Shown here one piece after another: positions 22,223 to 32,364 of a stretch of DNA of 64,000 bases (positions are counted from its first letter, which is position 1; each line of letters starts with the position of its first letter). This DNA is from Alphaproteobacteria bacterium (GTDB lineage: Bacteria > Pseudomonadota > Alphaproteobacteria > Bin95), in assembly GCA_965205265.1 (NCBI GenBank), contig CBDBGH010000003.1, forward strand, positions 448,001-512,000, written 5' to 3'. A program made the translations under genes and the position numbers. Below the pieces are notes generated by a model. It ran no database searches and had not been told where the DNA came from. It saw nothing but the letters and a program-made list of their open reading frames with translations.

Positions 22223-22912
22223 ATGGCCGATTCGGCGAAATCGCCGCCCGCGCTGGAATTGACATCGGAGGATGTCGAACGGCTGCCGGCCGGCCTGCGC
22301 GGCAGGCTCGGATCGATGGAAGGCGGCCGGGGCGGGGATTCGCTCAAGCGCTGGGTCGTGATCGGCGCGCGGTCGGACCGGCAGGCAGCCCTTATTCGCC
22401 GTGCGGCGACAACCGCCGGGCGCATCGCCGAACACCGCCGTCGGGAAATGACCGAGCGCAATATCGAAACCCTGGTCGATCTCTTCCTCGCAGACGAGGA
22501 GCGCGCCGAAACCGACCGGGAGATAGAGCAGGACAATGCCGAGTTGCGTGCGCGTTATATGCGGGAGGTCCCGACCTGGACGGCTGCCCATATCCGCGCG
22601 CTCCTGCCCGGACCCAGGCCGGGCAACCCGAGCGAACCGGCGTCGCGGTGGAAGCGGGAGAAGCGCATTTTTGCCGTCCGCGGCGGCCGCACCCTGCTTT
22701 ACCCCTGTTTCCAATTTGCCGATGGACTGCCTCTGCCGGTCATCGGCAAGGTGCTGAAGCGCCTGCCGGACGACATGACGCCCTGGCAGACTGCCTTCTG
22801 GTTCCGGTCGGGCAATGGCTGGCTCGATGGACGGGCGCCGCAGGAGGCGCTGGGCGACGAAGACCGCCTGCTGGAGGCTGCCGAACGGATGCGCGAGCCG
22901 GCCGCAGGCTGA
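22223..22912 (+). CDS. Putative antitoxin of RES toxin (Xre/MbcA/ParS-like C-terminal domain)
   Basis: YPCFQF and PWQTAFWF..NGWLDGRAP C-terminal motifs; 3 bp upstream of the RES gene. Confidence 0.72.
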   Translation: MADSAKSPPALELTSEDVERLPAGLRGRLGSMEGGRGGDSLKRWVVIGARSDRQAALIRRAATTAGRIAEHRRREMTERNIETLVDLFLADEERAETDREIEQDNAELRARYMREVPTWTAAHIRALLPGPRPGNPSEPASRWKREKRIFAVRGGRTLLYPCFQFADGLPLPVIGKVLKRLPDDMTPWQTAFWFRSGNGWLDGRAPQEALGDEDRLLEAAERMREPAAG

Positions 22913-22915
22913 TCC

Positions 22916-23551
22916 ATGTCGATCCCGGATCCGCCGTCGCCGCTGACGGCGCCGCAATATGCCGTCTTGCCTCCGGGGGCGATCCTGCACCGCGTCCATC
23001 TGTCGGCCTATCGGGCTGCGGAGTTCAACCCGGGCCTTGGCGGGCCGACGCGCTTCGCTCCCATCCGGGACAGAGCCGGGAATCCCGTTCCGTCCCTGTA
23101 TGCGAGCGCCACGGTCCGCTCGGCAATCCACGAGACGATCTTCCACGACATTCCGGCGAATGCAGCCTTCAAGACCGTTCGGCTGGACGATGTGCGCAGG
23201 CGCACGCATTCCCTGCTGGCCGTCAGGCGCGTCCTGCGGCTTGTCGAGCTGCGCAATCCGACTCTGGGCAAATGGGGCATCTCGCGGGAGGAGCTGATTT
23301 CCTCGGGGCCGGTGCTCTATGCCTCGACCGCCGCCTGGGCTCAGGCGGTTCATCGGGATATCGCGGATGCCGACGGACTCGTCTGGACTTCCAGTCAGTG
23401 CGACCCCGACGACGCCTATCTCTTCTTCGGCGACCGGATCGCGGAAGCCGAATTCGCCACGGTCCGGTCGCGCGACGGGATGAGCGACAAGTCATTCCTG
23501 AGAGATGTCCGCGACGAGGGCCGGGTTCGAGGCATCGTCCTGACGATCTGA
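22916..23551 (+). CDS. RES domain toxin (NAD+-consuming / mART-like)
   Basis: LHRVH, FNPG...[28 protein letters not shown] (R-E-S residues). Confidence 0.88.
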   Translation: MSIPDPPSPLTAPQYAVLPPGAILHRVHLSAYRAAEFNPGLGGPTRFAPIRDRAGNPVPSLYASATVRSAIHETIFHDIPANAAFKTVRLDDVRRRTHSLLAVRRVLRLVELRNPTLGKWGISREELISSGPVLYASTAAWAQAVHRDIADADGLVWTSSQCDPDDAYLFFGDRIAEAEFATVRSRDGMSDKSFLRDVRDEGRVRGIVLTI

Positions 23552-23648
23552 ACCGGCCGATTGCCTGCGTTCGAGCGGGCCGCCATTTACAGCGCCGGGG
23601 CGCGCTGATAGGTTCCGCGCCGTCCGGGGGAGAGGGGCGGCGGGTGGA

Positions 23649-24581
<933 letters not shown>

Positions 24582-24614
24582 GCCGGCCGGCGGAAGGAAG
24601 AAGAACGGAAGACC

Positions 24615-25271
24615 ATGAGCGAAAACGCCACTCTCGCCGCACTGCCGCGGCAGGACGCGGGCACCGGGCCGGCGCGGGCGCTGCGCCGCGAGGGCCGGGT
24701 GCCGGCCATCGTCTATGGCGGCAGCAAGGAGCCCGAGAAGGTGTCCGTCGAGGACCGCCGGCTGCGCTGGCTGATGGGCCGCGGCGGCTTCACCGCGACA
24801 CTGCTCGACCTGGAGATCGAAGGTTCCGGCCGCGAGCGCGTCATCCCGAAGGAGGTCCAGCGCCATCCCGTCACCGACCGCCCCTTGCATGTCGATTTCA
24901 TGCGCGTGTCGGCGGCCTCGGAGCTGACTGTGCGCGTGGCCGTCGCCCTGCTGGGCCAGGAAGACTGCGCCGGCTTGCGCGCGGGCGGCACGCTCGCCGT
25001 CGCGCAATACGAGGTCGAGGTCGTCTGCCGCGCGGACAGCATTCCGGAGGCGCTCGAAGTGGATATCGCCGCGCTGGAGATCGGCAGCGGCATCCGGCTT
25101 TCGGAAATCGTGTTGCCGGAAGGCGTGCGTCCGGCGGGCGATGACGACCCGCTGATCGTCTCGGTTTCGGCGCCTGCCGGCGGCCTGGACGACGAGGAAG
25201 AGGTCGGGGAAGGCGAGGAAGAAGGCCAGGAGGGCGAAGAGGAAGGCGGCGGGGAGCCTGCCGCCGACTGA
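24615..25271 (+). CDS. rplY: 50S ribosomal protein L25/Ctc (long form)
   Basis: ARALRREGRVPAIVYG, QRHPV, HVDF; acidic tail. Confidence 0.95.
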   Translation: MSENATLAALPRQDAGTGPARALRREGRVPAIVYGGSKEPEKVSVEDRRLRWLMGRGGFTATLLDLEIEGSGRERVIPKEVQRHPVTDRPLHVDFMRVSAASELTVRVAVALLGQEDCAGLRAGGTLAVAQYEVEVVCRADSIPEALEVDIAALEIGSGIRLSEIVLPEGVRPAGDDDPLIVSVSAPAGGLDDEEEVGEGEEEGQEGEEEGGGEPAAD

Positions 25272-25298
25272 TCGCCCGGGCAGGGGAGGCCGGCTGCC

Positions 25299-25898
25299 GT
25301 GCATCTCTTTGTCGGGCTCGGCAATCCCGGCCCGAAATACGCCCGCCACCGGCACAATATCGGGTTCATGGCGCTGGACGCGATCGCCAACCGGCACGGC
25401 TTCCCGGCGTTCCGCAAGCGGTTTCGCGGCCTGGTGAGCGAGGGCCGGCTCGGTGCGGAGCGCGTGGCGCTGCTCAAGCCGCAGACCTTCATGAACCAGT
25501 CCGGCCGCGCCGTCTCGGCGGCCATGCAGTTCTACAAGCCGGGCCTCGCCCAGGTGGTGGTGTTCCACGACGAGCTCGACCTGGCGGCCGGCAAGCTGCG
25601 CGTGAAGCGGGGCGGCGGATCGGCCGGCCATAACGGGCTCGGCAGCATCGACCGCATTGTCGGCCCGGGCTATCGCCGCGTGCGCCTCGGCATCGGGCAT
25701 CCGGGCGATTCGCGGCGCGTGACCGGCCATGTGCTGCATGCCTTCGATTCGGACGACTCGGGCTGGCTCATGCTCATGCTGGACGCGGTGGCGCGCTCGG
25801 CCGACCTGCTGGCGGCGAATGACGATGCGAATTTCATGAACCGGGTGGCGATCCTGACCCGTCCGCCGCCTCCCGCCGCGCCGGCCCCGGAGGCCTGA
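25299..25898 (+). CDS. pth: Peptidyl-tRNA hydrolase
   Basis: VGLGNPG, RHNIGF, KPQTFMN, HDELD, GHNG. Confidence 0.97.
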   Translation: MHLFVGLGNPGPKYARHRHNIGFMALDAIANRHGFPAFRKRFRGLVSEGRLGAERVALLKPQTFMNQSGRAVSAAMQFYKPGLAQVVVFHDELDLAAGKLRVKRGGGSAGHNGLGSIDRIVGPGYRRVRLGIGHPGDSRRVTGHVLHAFDSDDSGWLMLMLDAVARSADLLAANDDANFMNRVAILTRPPPPAAPAPEA

Positions 25899-25905
25899 CG
25901 GGGTC

Positions 25906-27009
25906 ATGGGCTTCAAATGCGGCATAGTGGGGCTGCCGAATGTCGGCAAGTCCACGCTCTTCAACGCGCTGACGGCGACCGCGCAGGCGCAGGCGGAGAA
26001 CTATCCGTTCTGCACGGTCGAGCCGAATGTCGGGCGCGTCGCGGTTCCCGACCCGCGCCTGGAAAAAGTCGCCGACCTCGCGGGGGCGCCGAGCGTGCAG
26101 CCGGCCTTCCTGGAGTTCGTCGACATCGCCGGGCTGGTGCGCGGCGCCTCGCGCGGCGAGGGGCTGGGCAACCGTTTCCTCGCCAATATCCGCGAGGTGG
26201 ACGCCATCGCCCATGTGCTGCGCTGCTTCGAGGACGGGGGCGTGACGCATGTGGAAAGCGGAATCGATCCGGTGCGCGATGCCGAGACGGTCGAGACCGA
26301 GCTCATGCTGGCGGACCTCGAAAGCCTGGAGCGGCGTTTCGACCTGGCGAAGAAACGCGCGGCGGCCGGCGACGGCGAACAGAAGGTCCTGGTCCGCACG
26401 ATGGCGCCCGTGCTCGAAGCGCTGGAGGCGGGCCGCCCGGCGCGCAGCGTCGCCTTCGGCCGCGAGGACGACCGGGCGGCCTTCAGGGGCCTGCAGCTGC
26501 TCACCGCCAAGCCCGTGCTCTATGTGTGCAATGTCGGCGAGGCGGACGCGGCCTCCGGCAATGAATGGTCGCGGCTGGCGGCGGCGCGCGCGGCCCGCGA
26601 GGGCGCCGAATGCGTCACCGTGTCCGCTGCCGTCGAGGCGGAGATCGCCATGCTCGCAGATGCCGGAGAGCGCACGGAGTTCCTGGAGACGCTGGGTCTG
26701 GACGAATCCGGCCTCGACCGGGTCATCCGCGCGGGCTACCGGCTGCTCGGGCTGATTACCTTCATCACCGCGGGGCCGAAGGAAGCCCGCGCCTGGACCG
26801 TCGCGGCAGGCGCATCCGCGCTTGAGGCGGCGGGCCGCGTCCACACCGATTTCGAGCGCGGTTTCATCCGCGCCGAGACCATCGCCTTCGAGGACTATGT
26901 GGCCTTCGGCGGCGAGCGCGGCGCGAAGGATGCCGGGCGGATGCGTGTCGAGGGCCGCGACTACGTGGTGCAGGACGGCGACGTGCTGCTCTTCCGCTTC
27001 AATGTGTAG
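25906..27009 (+). CDS. ychF: Ribosome-binding ATPase YchF
   Basis: GLPNVGKST, NYPFCT, DIAGLV, HTDFERGFI. Confidence 0.98.
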   Translation: MGFKCGIVGLPNVGKSTLFNALTATAQAQAENYPFCTVEPNVGRVAVPDPRLEKVADLAGAPSVQPAFLEFVDIAGLVRGASRGEGLGNRFLANIREVDAIAHVLRCFEDGGVTHVESGIDPVRDAETVETELMLADLESLERRFDLAKKRAAAGDGEQKVLVRTMAPVLEALEAGRPARSVAFGREDDRAAFRGLQLLTAKPVLYVCNVGEADAASGNEWSRLAAARAAREGAECVTVSAAVEAEIAMLADAGERTEFLETLGLDESGLDRVIRAGYRLLGLITFITAGPKEARAWTVAAGASALEAAGRVHTDFERGFIRAETIAFEDYVAFGGERGAKDAGRMRVEGRDYVVQDGDVLLFRFNV

Positions 27010-27015
27010 CGGCCC

Positions 27016-27957
27016 CTACGCGGCGGCCCGTTCTCCCCTCAACGCCTCCGCCGCCGGGATGACCTCCTCCACCAGGCGCCGCGTCTGAGCCATGATCTCC
27101 TCGTCGTCGCGGCCCATCGGGCGCAGGATGAACTTGGAGATGCCGGCGTCCACGAAGGCGGCGATGCGGGCGAGAATGTCGTCCCGGCCGCCCACCGCCC
27201 ATTGCCGGCGGGGATCGCGCCCGGTGCGTTTCATCTGGGCGTCGGCCGCCTTCGCCACCAGCGGCTCGTCCCAGGAGCCGAAGCGCGCGTTCAGCCCGGT
27301 GCCGAAATGCTCGGGGTCGAACGGCCGGCCTTCGGCCTCGGCGGCTTCGCGGATCGCGGCCACGACCGGCGCCACTTCCTCCGGCGCCTCGCCGCCGGCC
27401 TGCCAGCCCGTGCCCCATTTCGCGGTCCGGCGGATCGCGGCCCGGCTCGACCCGCCGATCCAGAGCGGCAGCGGGTCCTGCACCGGGCGCGGCGAGATCG
27501 AGGCGTCCTTCATGGCGTAGAACTCGCCCTCGAAGCTGACCTTCTCCTCCGACCAGAGCCGGGAGAGGATTTCCAGCCCCTCGTTCGTCCGGCGCGCGCC
27601 CTTGTCGAAGGCCTCGCCGCGCACCTGCCATTCCGGCCCGCGCGGGCTGCCGACGCCGAAGGCCGGCAGCAGCCGCCCCTCGCTCAGCACGTCGATGGTG
27701 GCGCACTGCTTGGCGAGCAGCAGCGGGTCGCGCAGGCCGACCGACGCGACATTCATGCCGAACTTGATCCGCCTCGTGCGGCCTGCGATGGCGGCCATGG
27801 CGCTCATGCATTCCAGGATCGGCTGGCGCGAGACCAGCCGGTCCGTCTGCCAGAGCGAGTCGACGCCGCCCTCCTCGCAGAGATCGATCCAGCGCCAGAA
27901 GGCGCGCGCGTCCGAGAACGGAAAATCCGCCAGCCCCAACCCGACACCGATGCCCAT
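27016..27957 (-). CDS. Luciferase-like (LLM) flavin-dependent oxidoreductase
   Basis: LAKQCATIDVLSEGRL, PVQDPLPLWIGGSS. Confidence 0.9.
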   Translation of the reverse strand: MGIGVGLGLADFPFSDARAFWRWIDLCEEGGVDSLWQTDRLVSRQPILECMSAMAAIAGRTRRIKFGMNVASVGLRDPLLLAKQCATIDVLSEGRLLPAFGVGSPRGPEWQVRGEAFDKGARRTNEGLEILSRLWSEEKVSFEGEFYAMKDASISPRPVQDPLPLWIGGSSRAAIRRTAKWGTGWQAGGEAPEEVAPVVAAIREAAEAEGRPFDPEHFGTGLNARFGSWDEPLVAKAADAQMKRTGRDPRRQWAVGGRDDILARIAAFVDAGISKFILRPMGRDDEEIMAQTRRLVEEVIPAAEALRGERAAA

Positions 27958-28025
27958 TGCCCGCCGCTCCTGCTATATCCGGGGCGACTATACCCGAGAG
28001 ACACGACAGCCGGGAGCGGCGCCCC

Positions 28026-28982
28026 ATGGAATTCGGTCTGAGCATCCCCAATCGCGGCCCTATGGGCACCCCGGAAGCTATCGGGGCTCTGGCCCGCAAG
28101 GCGGAGGAGGGCGGTTTCGCGCGGCTTGCCGTGTCCGACCATATCATCATCCCGAAAAGCTACGCCTCGCGCTATCCCTACGACGCATCCGGCAAGCTCG
28201 CCGGCGACTGGGGCGACTGCATGGAGCAGCTGATCGTGATGACCCATGTGGCGGCGGTCACGAAGAAGGCGCGCATCCTCTCCGCGGTCATGGTGGTGCC
28301 GCACCGCCCGGCGGTGTTCACGGCCAAGGCGGTTGCGACCATGGACGTGCTCTCCGGCGGGCGCATCGACCTCGGCATCGGCGCAGGCTGGCTGCGCGAG
28401 GAGTTCGAGGCGATCGGCGCCCCGGATTTCGATGCCCGCGGGCGCGTCACAAGCGAGTATCTGGAGGCGTTCAAGACCCTCTGGACCGAAGAGAATCCGT
28501 CCATGGCGGGCGAGTTCGCCGCCTTCGACGGCATCGTCTTCGAGCCGAAGCCGGTGCAGCGCCCGCACCCGCCGATCTGGACCGGCGGCGAGAGCGGCCC
28601 GGCGCTCCGCCGCGCCGCGCGCCATGCCGATGTCTGGTTCCCCATCGGCGCCAATCCGCGCCATCCGCTGGACACGCCCCGGCGCTTCGCCGCCGGCGCG
28701 GCCGCCATGCGCGCCGAGGCGGAGAAGGCCGGCCGCGACCCGGCGGAGATCGGGCTCGCCTTTTCGGCCAACTGGTACCGCGAAGACCTTGAGCGGCGGA
28801 ACGACGAGGGCGACCGCTTCCTCTTTACGGGCACGGACGAGCAGGTGGCCGGGGACGCGGCGGCGCTTGGCGAGATCGGCGTCACGCGGCTCATGTTCAA
28901 CTTCCTGCGCCCGAGCCTGGAGGAGACCTTCGAGGCCATCGACCGCTTCCGCGAGAACGTCATGGCGCGGGTGCTGCCATGA
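28026..28982 (+). CDS. LLM class oxidoreductase, possibly F420-dependent
   Basis: [46 protein letters not shown]. Confidence 0.88.
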   Translation: MEFGLSIPNRGPMGTPEAIGALARKAEEGGFARLAVSDHIIIPKSYASRYPYDASGKLAGDWGDCMEQLIVMTHVAAVTKKARILSAVMVVPHRPAVFTAKAVATMDVLSGGRIDLGIGAGWLREEFEAIGAPDFDARGRVTSEYLEAFKTLWTEENPSMAGEFAAFDGIVFEPKPVQRPHPPIWTGGESGPALRRAARHADVWFPIGANPRHPLDTPRRFAAGAAAMRAEAEKAGRDPAEIGLAFSANWYREDLERRNDEGDRFLFTGTDEQVAGDAAALGEIGVTRLMFNFLRPSLEETFEAIDRFRENVMARVLP

Positions 28983-29332
28983 CCGCCCCGCTCGTCGAAC
29001 CGGCCGCGCTCGCCGATGTGCGCTTCGACGAGGCGGGCCTCGTCCCCGCCGTCGCCCAGGCGTATGGCACGGGCGAGGTGCTGATGATGGCCTGGATGAA
29101 CCGGGAGTCGCTTGCCGAGACGCTGCGCACGGGCCGCGCCTGCTACTGGTCGCGCTCGCGCCGGGCGTTCTGGCGCAAGGGCGACACCTCCGGCCATATC
29201 CAGCAGGTGCGCGAATGCCGCCTCGACTGCGACGGCGACACCGTCCTGCTGCTGGTCGAGCAGACCGGCGCCGCCTGCCACACCGGCGCCCGGAGCTGCT
29301 TCTTCCGGCGCATGGAGCGGGAGGGCGGCTAG
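28979..29332 (+). CDS. hisI: Phosphoribosyl-AMP cyclohydrolase
   Basis: WSRSR, KGDTSG, DCDGD, ACHTG..SCF. Confidence 0.96.
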   Translation: MTAPLVEPAALADVRFDEAGLVPAVAQAYGTGEVLMMAWMNRESLAETLRTGRACYWSRSRRAFWRKGDTSGHIQQVRECRLDCDGDTVLLLVEQTGAACHTGARSCFFRRMEREGG

Positions 29333-29409
29333 TGTCGGCTCTCCGATGCTCGGACGATTTCGCTTCGGTGCGGCTGACCGTTTCTGCGTCGTGCCTGAAC
29401 GACCTCCTC

Positions 29410-29486
29410 CGTCATGCCCGGACTTGTTCCGGGCATCTCTCCGGGCCGGCTGCGTGTGGATGGCCGGAACAAGTCCGGCCATGACG
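29410..29486. repeat. CGTC-type REP palindrome pair (family 1)
   Basis: CGTCATGCCCGGACTTGTTCCGGGCATC ... GATGGCCGGAACAAGTCCGGCCATGACG. Confidence 0.85.
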
Positions 29487-29539
29487 GGATGGGGACGCTG
29501 CGCAAGAGCGCTGAAACTTCCCGATCGGAGACACTGGCC

Positions 29540-30160
29540 ATGATCCGGACCCTTCGCGGTCTTGCCGCCTGCCTTGCGCTGCTTGCCGCCGGCTGCGCGA
29601 CCGCGCCGCCGGACAATCAGGGCAATCTCTGCTCCGTGTTCGAGCAATATCCGGACTGGTACGACTATGCCCGCGCCAGCGAGAGCGAGTGGGGCACGCC
29701 CGTTCCGGTCCAGATGGCCTTCGTCCATCGGGAGTCCAGCTATCGCAGCCATGCGCGGCCGCCGAGAAAGTGGCTCTGGTTCATCCCCTGGGGGCGCCAG
29801 ACATCGGCCAAGGGCTATGCGCAGGCGCTGGACGGCACCTGGGCGGAATATGAGAACGAGCGCGGCGGGTGGTTCCGCAGCCGCTCCGACATGGAAGACG
29901 CGCTCGACTTCATCGGCTGGTACAACCGCAAGAGCCACCGCCAGCTCGGCCTTGCCTACACCGACGCTTACAGCCTCTACCTGGCCTATCACGAGGGCCG
30001 CGGCGGCTACCGGAGCGGCAAGTGGAAGAACAAGAAGGGCGTCAAGGCGGCGGCCCGCAAGGTCGCCCGCACGGCCAAGCGCTACACCTCCCAGCTCGCC
30101 AAATGCGAGGCCCGCTTCCGCTGCGACTCCTGGTACCAGATCTGGCCCTTCTGCAGCTGA
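29540..30160 (+). CDS. Lipoprotein with transglycosylase SLT-like domain
   Basis: Lipobox LAAGC; HRESS, GYAQA, LYLAYHEG motifs. Confidence 0.85.
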   Translation: MIRTLRGLAACLALLAAGCATAPPDNQGNLCSVFEQYPDWYDYARASESEWGTPVPVQMAFVHRESSYRSHARPPRKWLWFIPWGRQTSAKGYAQALDGTWAEYENERGGWFRSRSDMEDALDFIGWYNRKSHRQLGLAYTDAYSLYLAYHEGRGGYRSGKWKNKKGVKAAARKVARTAKRYTSQLAKCEARFRCDSWYQIWPFCS

Positions 30161-30194
30161 CCGCGCCCGCGCCGCGAAGCCGGCCCCCGGCGAT

Positions 30195-30822
30195 GCGTCA
30201 TGGAATGTCATGCGATGTCATGTTCTCCATGCGCGGGGGACATGCCCTGTAGCCTGTCCGGGCATAACGCTCCGTTCATGCCTCTTCCTTTCCGCCTGCG
30301 GGCTGCCGCAGCCGGATGGCCCTTGTCCGTCGCCCCGGACGGCGCGCCGGCGCCGGTCCGGGGCCTCGCGCGGCTGGAGCCAGGCTGCATGAGGCCCCGG
30401 ATCGCCCGGCGGGCGTCCGGGGTGACGACGGGGGGCCTGCAGGCGCGGTCGTCCTCCGGCAGCGGCGCTGCGCTCATGTCCTGGGCATAAGCTTCGGCAA
30501 GGGCTGCGGCGGCGGGGGCCAGCTTTTCGGCCAGCATCGCCGCCAGTGCGGGGCGGGGGTCGGGTGCGGTCATCGTCTCTCCTCTTGCGACGGGGAGCAT
30601 GTCCCTGTTTCGCGCGTATCCCGCGCGCGGGCGGGCGTTACGCGGCGGCGCGGTTCGCGCGCCTGATTGCGCGCGCGAGGCACAGGGCGCACGTCTCCCG
30701 TCGGCTTCTCACGGGTTTTCAGAAACTGGCGCCGCTCGGCCGCGCGGCACCCGGGGGAGGCGGCTCCGGAGTCCGCTTCCCTGGGGACCATCATACCACA
30801 ATCCGTCAGATGTCAAGCTTAT
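30195..30822 (-). repeat. Dispersed intergenic cassette, copy B
   Basis: Same blocks as 19927-20450 in the same order on the minus strand; TTGACA and extended -10 TGgTATGAT at its 5' end. Confidence 0.8.
30208..30573 (-). CDS. Hypothetical ORF inside cassette copy B
   Basis: [12 protein letters not shown] before ATG 30573; helical-looking N-terminal half; no recognisable domain. Confidence 0.4.
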   Translation of the reverse strand: MTAPDPRPALAAMLAEKLAPAAAALAEAYAQDMSAAPLPEDDRACRPPVVTPDARRAIRGLMQPGSSRARPRTGAGAPSGATDKGHPAAAARRRKGRGMNGALCPDRLQGMSPAHGEHDIA

Positions 30823-30945
30823 ATAGGGAACAAAATTCAAAAATATCGGAAATTATTCATGTTTCGCGAAATCGGAAAGGGCATTGGCCGGGGTTTTCGC
30901 GAGAACCGAATTGGGCCTGTCCCCCGAAAAAGCTTTGCCCGTGGC

Positions 30946-31863
30946 CTACAACACTGTCACCTCATACCCCAGCCGGGGGAAGTGGACATGGATTTGGCCG
31001 GTTTTCGGGTCCTGGCGGCGGATTGTTATTTCGGTCGGGGTCGCGTGGACGGTCTCGCCTTCCACGGGGTCGAGGGCGAAATCTTCCGTTGCCACGCGGA
31101 CGCGCAGGCCGGGCGGGATGTCGCCGGGCGCGCCGGTTGAAGGCAGGGGCGCCGGCTCCATCTCGGCGGCGATGCGGAGCGCGTCGGCCGGCGTCAGTTC
31201 CGAGCGCCGGCCGTGGCCGATGCTGGCGATCCGGGCCATCCAGTCCGCGATGCGGGGATAGCCGGCGAGAACGGGGGCGGCCTTGCCGTCGAGGGCGTTC
31301 AACCACCACAGCCGCTGGTAGAGGGCGAAATCCGCGAGTCGGGGCGTGCGGGCTGCAAGGCCGAAGTCTTCGTCCGCCAGCAGGTCTTCCACCCAGCCCA
31401 GCATGAGGCGGAGCTGGCCTTCCTGGTGGGGCAGGTCGGCCGCCACCTTCTCCATGTCCGGGGCGGCGTGGCCGCGCATGGCGGAGCGGTCGCGGAAGAA
31501 GCCTTCCGACAGCGTCTCGCGGTTCATGCCGGTGACGTAGCGCGCGGTCGGCCACATCAGCACGCGCTCCGCCCAGCTCGCCAGCATGGCGTCGAACCCG
31601 CGCCCCGCTTCCGGCAGCAGCGGTGGGTCCGGGACGCGCCGGTCGAGCTCCATCGCGATGCGGAGCGTGTCGCAATAGATGTCCGCGCCGACCTGCAGCA
31701 CGGGCGTCCGGCGGAAGCCGCCGGTGAGCGGCATCAGGTCCGGTTTCGGCAGCACCATCGGCTGGATGACCGAGCGCCATGCCAGCCCCTTCAGCCCGAA
31801 GGCGAGGCGGATTTTCTCCGCATAGGGGGAAATGTCGTAATGGTGCAGAATGAGTCCGGCCAT
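30946..31863 (-). CDS. Glutathione S-transferase family protein
   Basis: LHHYDISPYAEKIR, LTGGFRRTPVLQVGADIYCDT, HVHFPRLGY. Confidence 0.92.
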   Translation of the reverse strand: MAGLILHHYDISPYAEKIRLAFGLKGLAWRSVIQPMVLPKPDLMPLTGGFRRTPVLQVGADIYCDTLRIAMELDRRVPDPPLLPEAGRGFDAMLASWAERVLMWPTARYVTGMNRETLSEGFFRDRSAMRGHAAPDMEKVAADLPHQEGQLRLMLGWVEDLLADEDFGLAARTPRLADFALYQRLWWLNALDGKAAPVLAGYPRIADWMARIASIGHGRRSELTPADALRIAAEMEPAPLPSTGAPGDIPPGLRVRVATEDFALDPVEGETVHATPTEITIRRQDPKTGQIHVHFPRLGYEVTVL

Positions 31864-31970
31864 GTCCGTGAGCCCCGGCATGTCGGGAAGCATGCGTCAT
31901 ATCGCGGACGGGACGGAAAACAAGGGGGCTTATATAGACAGGTTTGCGAGGCTTGGCGCCTTCTCTCCAA

Positions 31971-32083
31971 CGTCATACTCGGACTTGTTCCGGGTATCTC
32001 TCTCCACCGTTGCTGCCGGACGGCCGCATGGATACCCGGAACAAGTCCAGGTATGACGGAGGGGGCGTCGAGGTATGACGGAG
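31971..32083. repeat. CGTC-type REP pair (family 1) plus one tandem tail unit
   Basis: CGTCATACTCGGACTTGTTCCGGGTATC ... GATACCCGGAACAAGTCCAGGTATGACG then GGGGGCGTCGAGGTATGACGGAG. Confidence 0.85.
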
Positions 32084-32172
32084 GAAATGTCGTTGGTCTC
32101 CCCCATTAAATCTATCAACCTATCTTTGTAATCCCCAAAACAAGAGCTTCGAGACGAAAGGCCCAGGGCCCC

Positions 32173-32364
32173 ATGAGCGAGACAGAACGAGACGAACCCT
32201 TTCCGGGCTACCGCTACGACCCGGCGGCAAGCGCCCGGTCGGACCGCGCCCAGGCGGCGACCCGCCGCGCGCTCCTCGACCATGGCGACGGCTCGCTCTT
32301 CGACACCGAGCCGCAGCATATCGACACCGCGATGGCGCGCCTCGCGCCGGAGGCGGGGGCATGA
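32173..32364 (+). CDS. Small protein translationally coupled to amidase (possible GatC/AtzG-like partner)
   Basis: 63 aa; ATGA overlap with the amidase start. Confidence 0.55.
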   Translation: MSETERDEPFPGYRYDPAASARSDRAQAATRRALLDHGDGSLFDTEPQHIDTAMARLAPEAGA

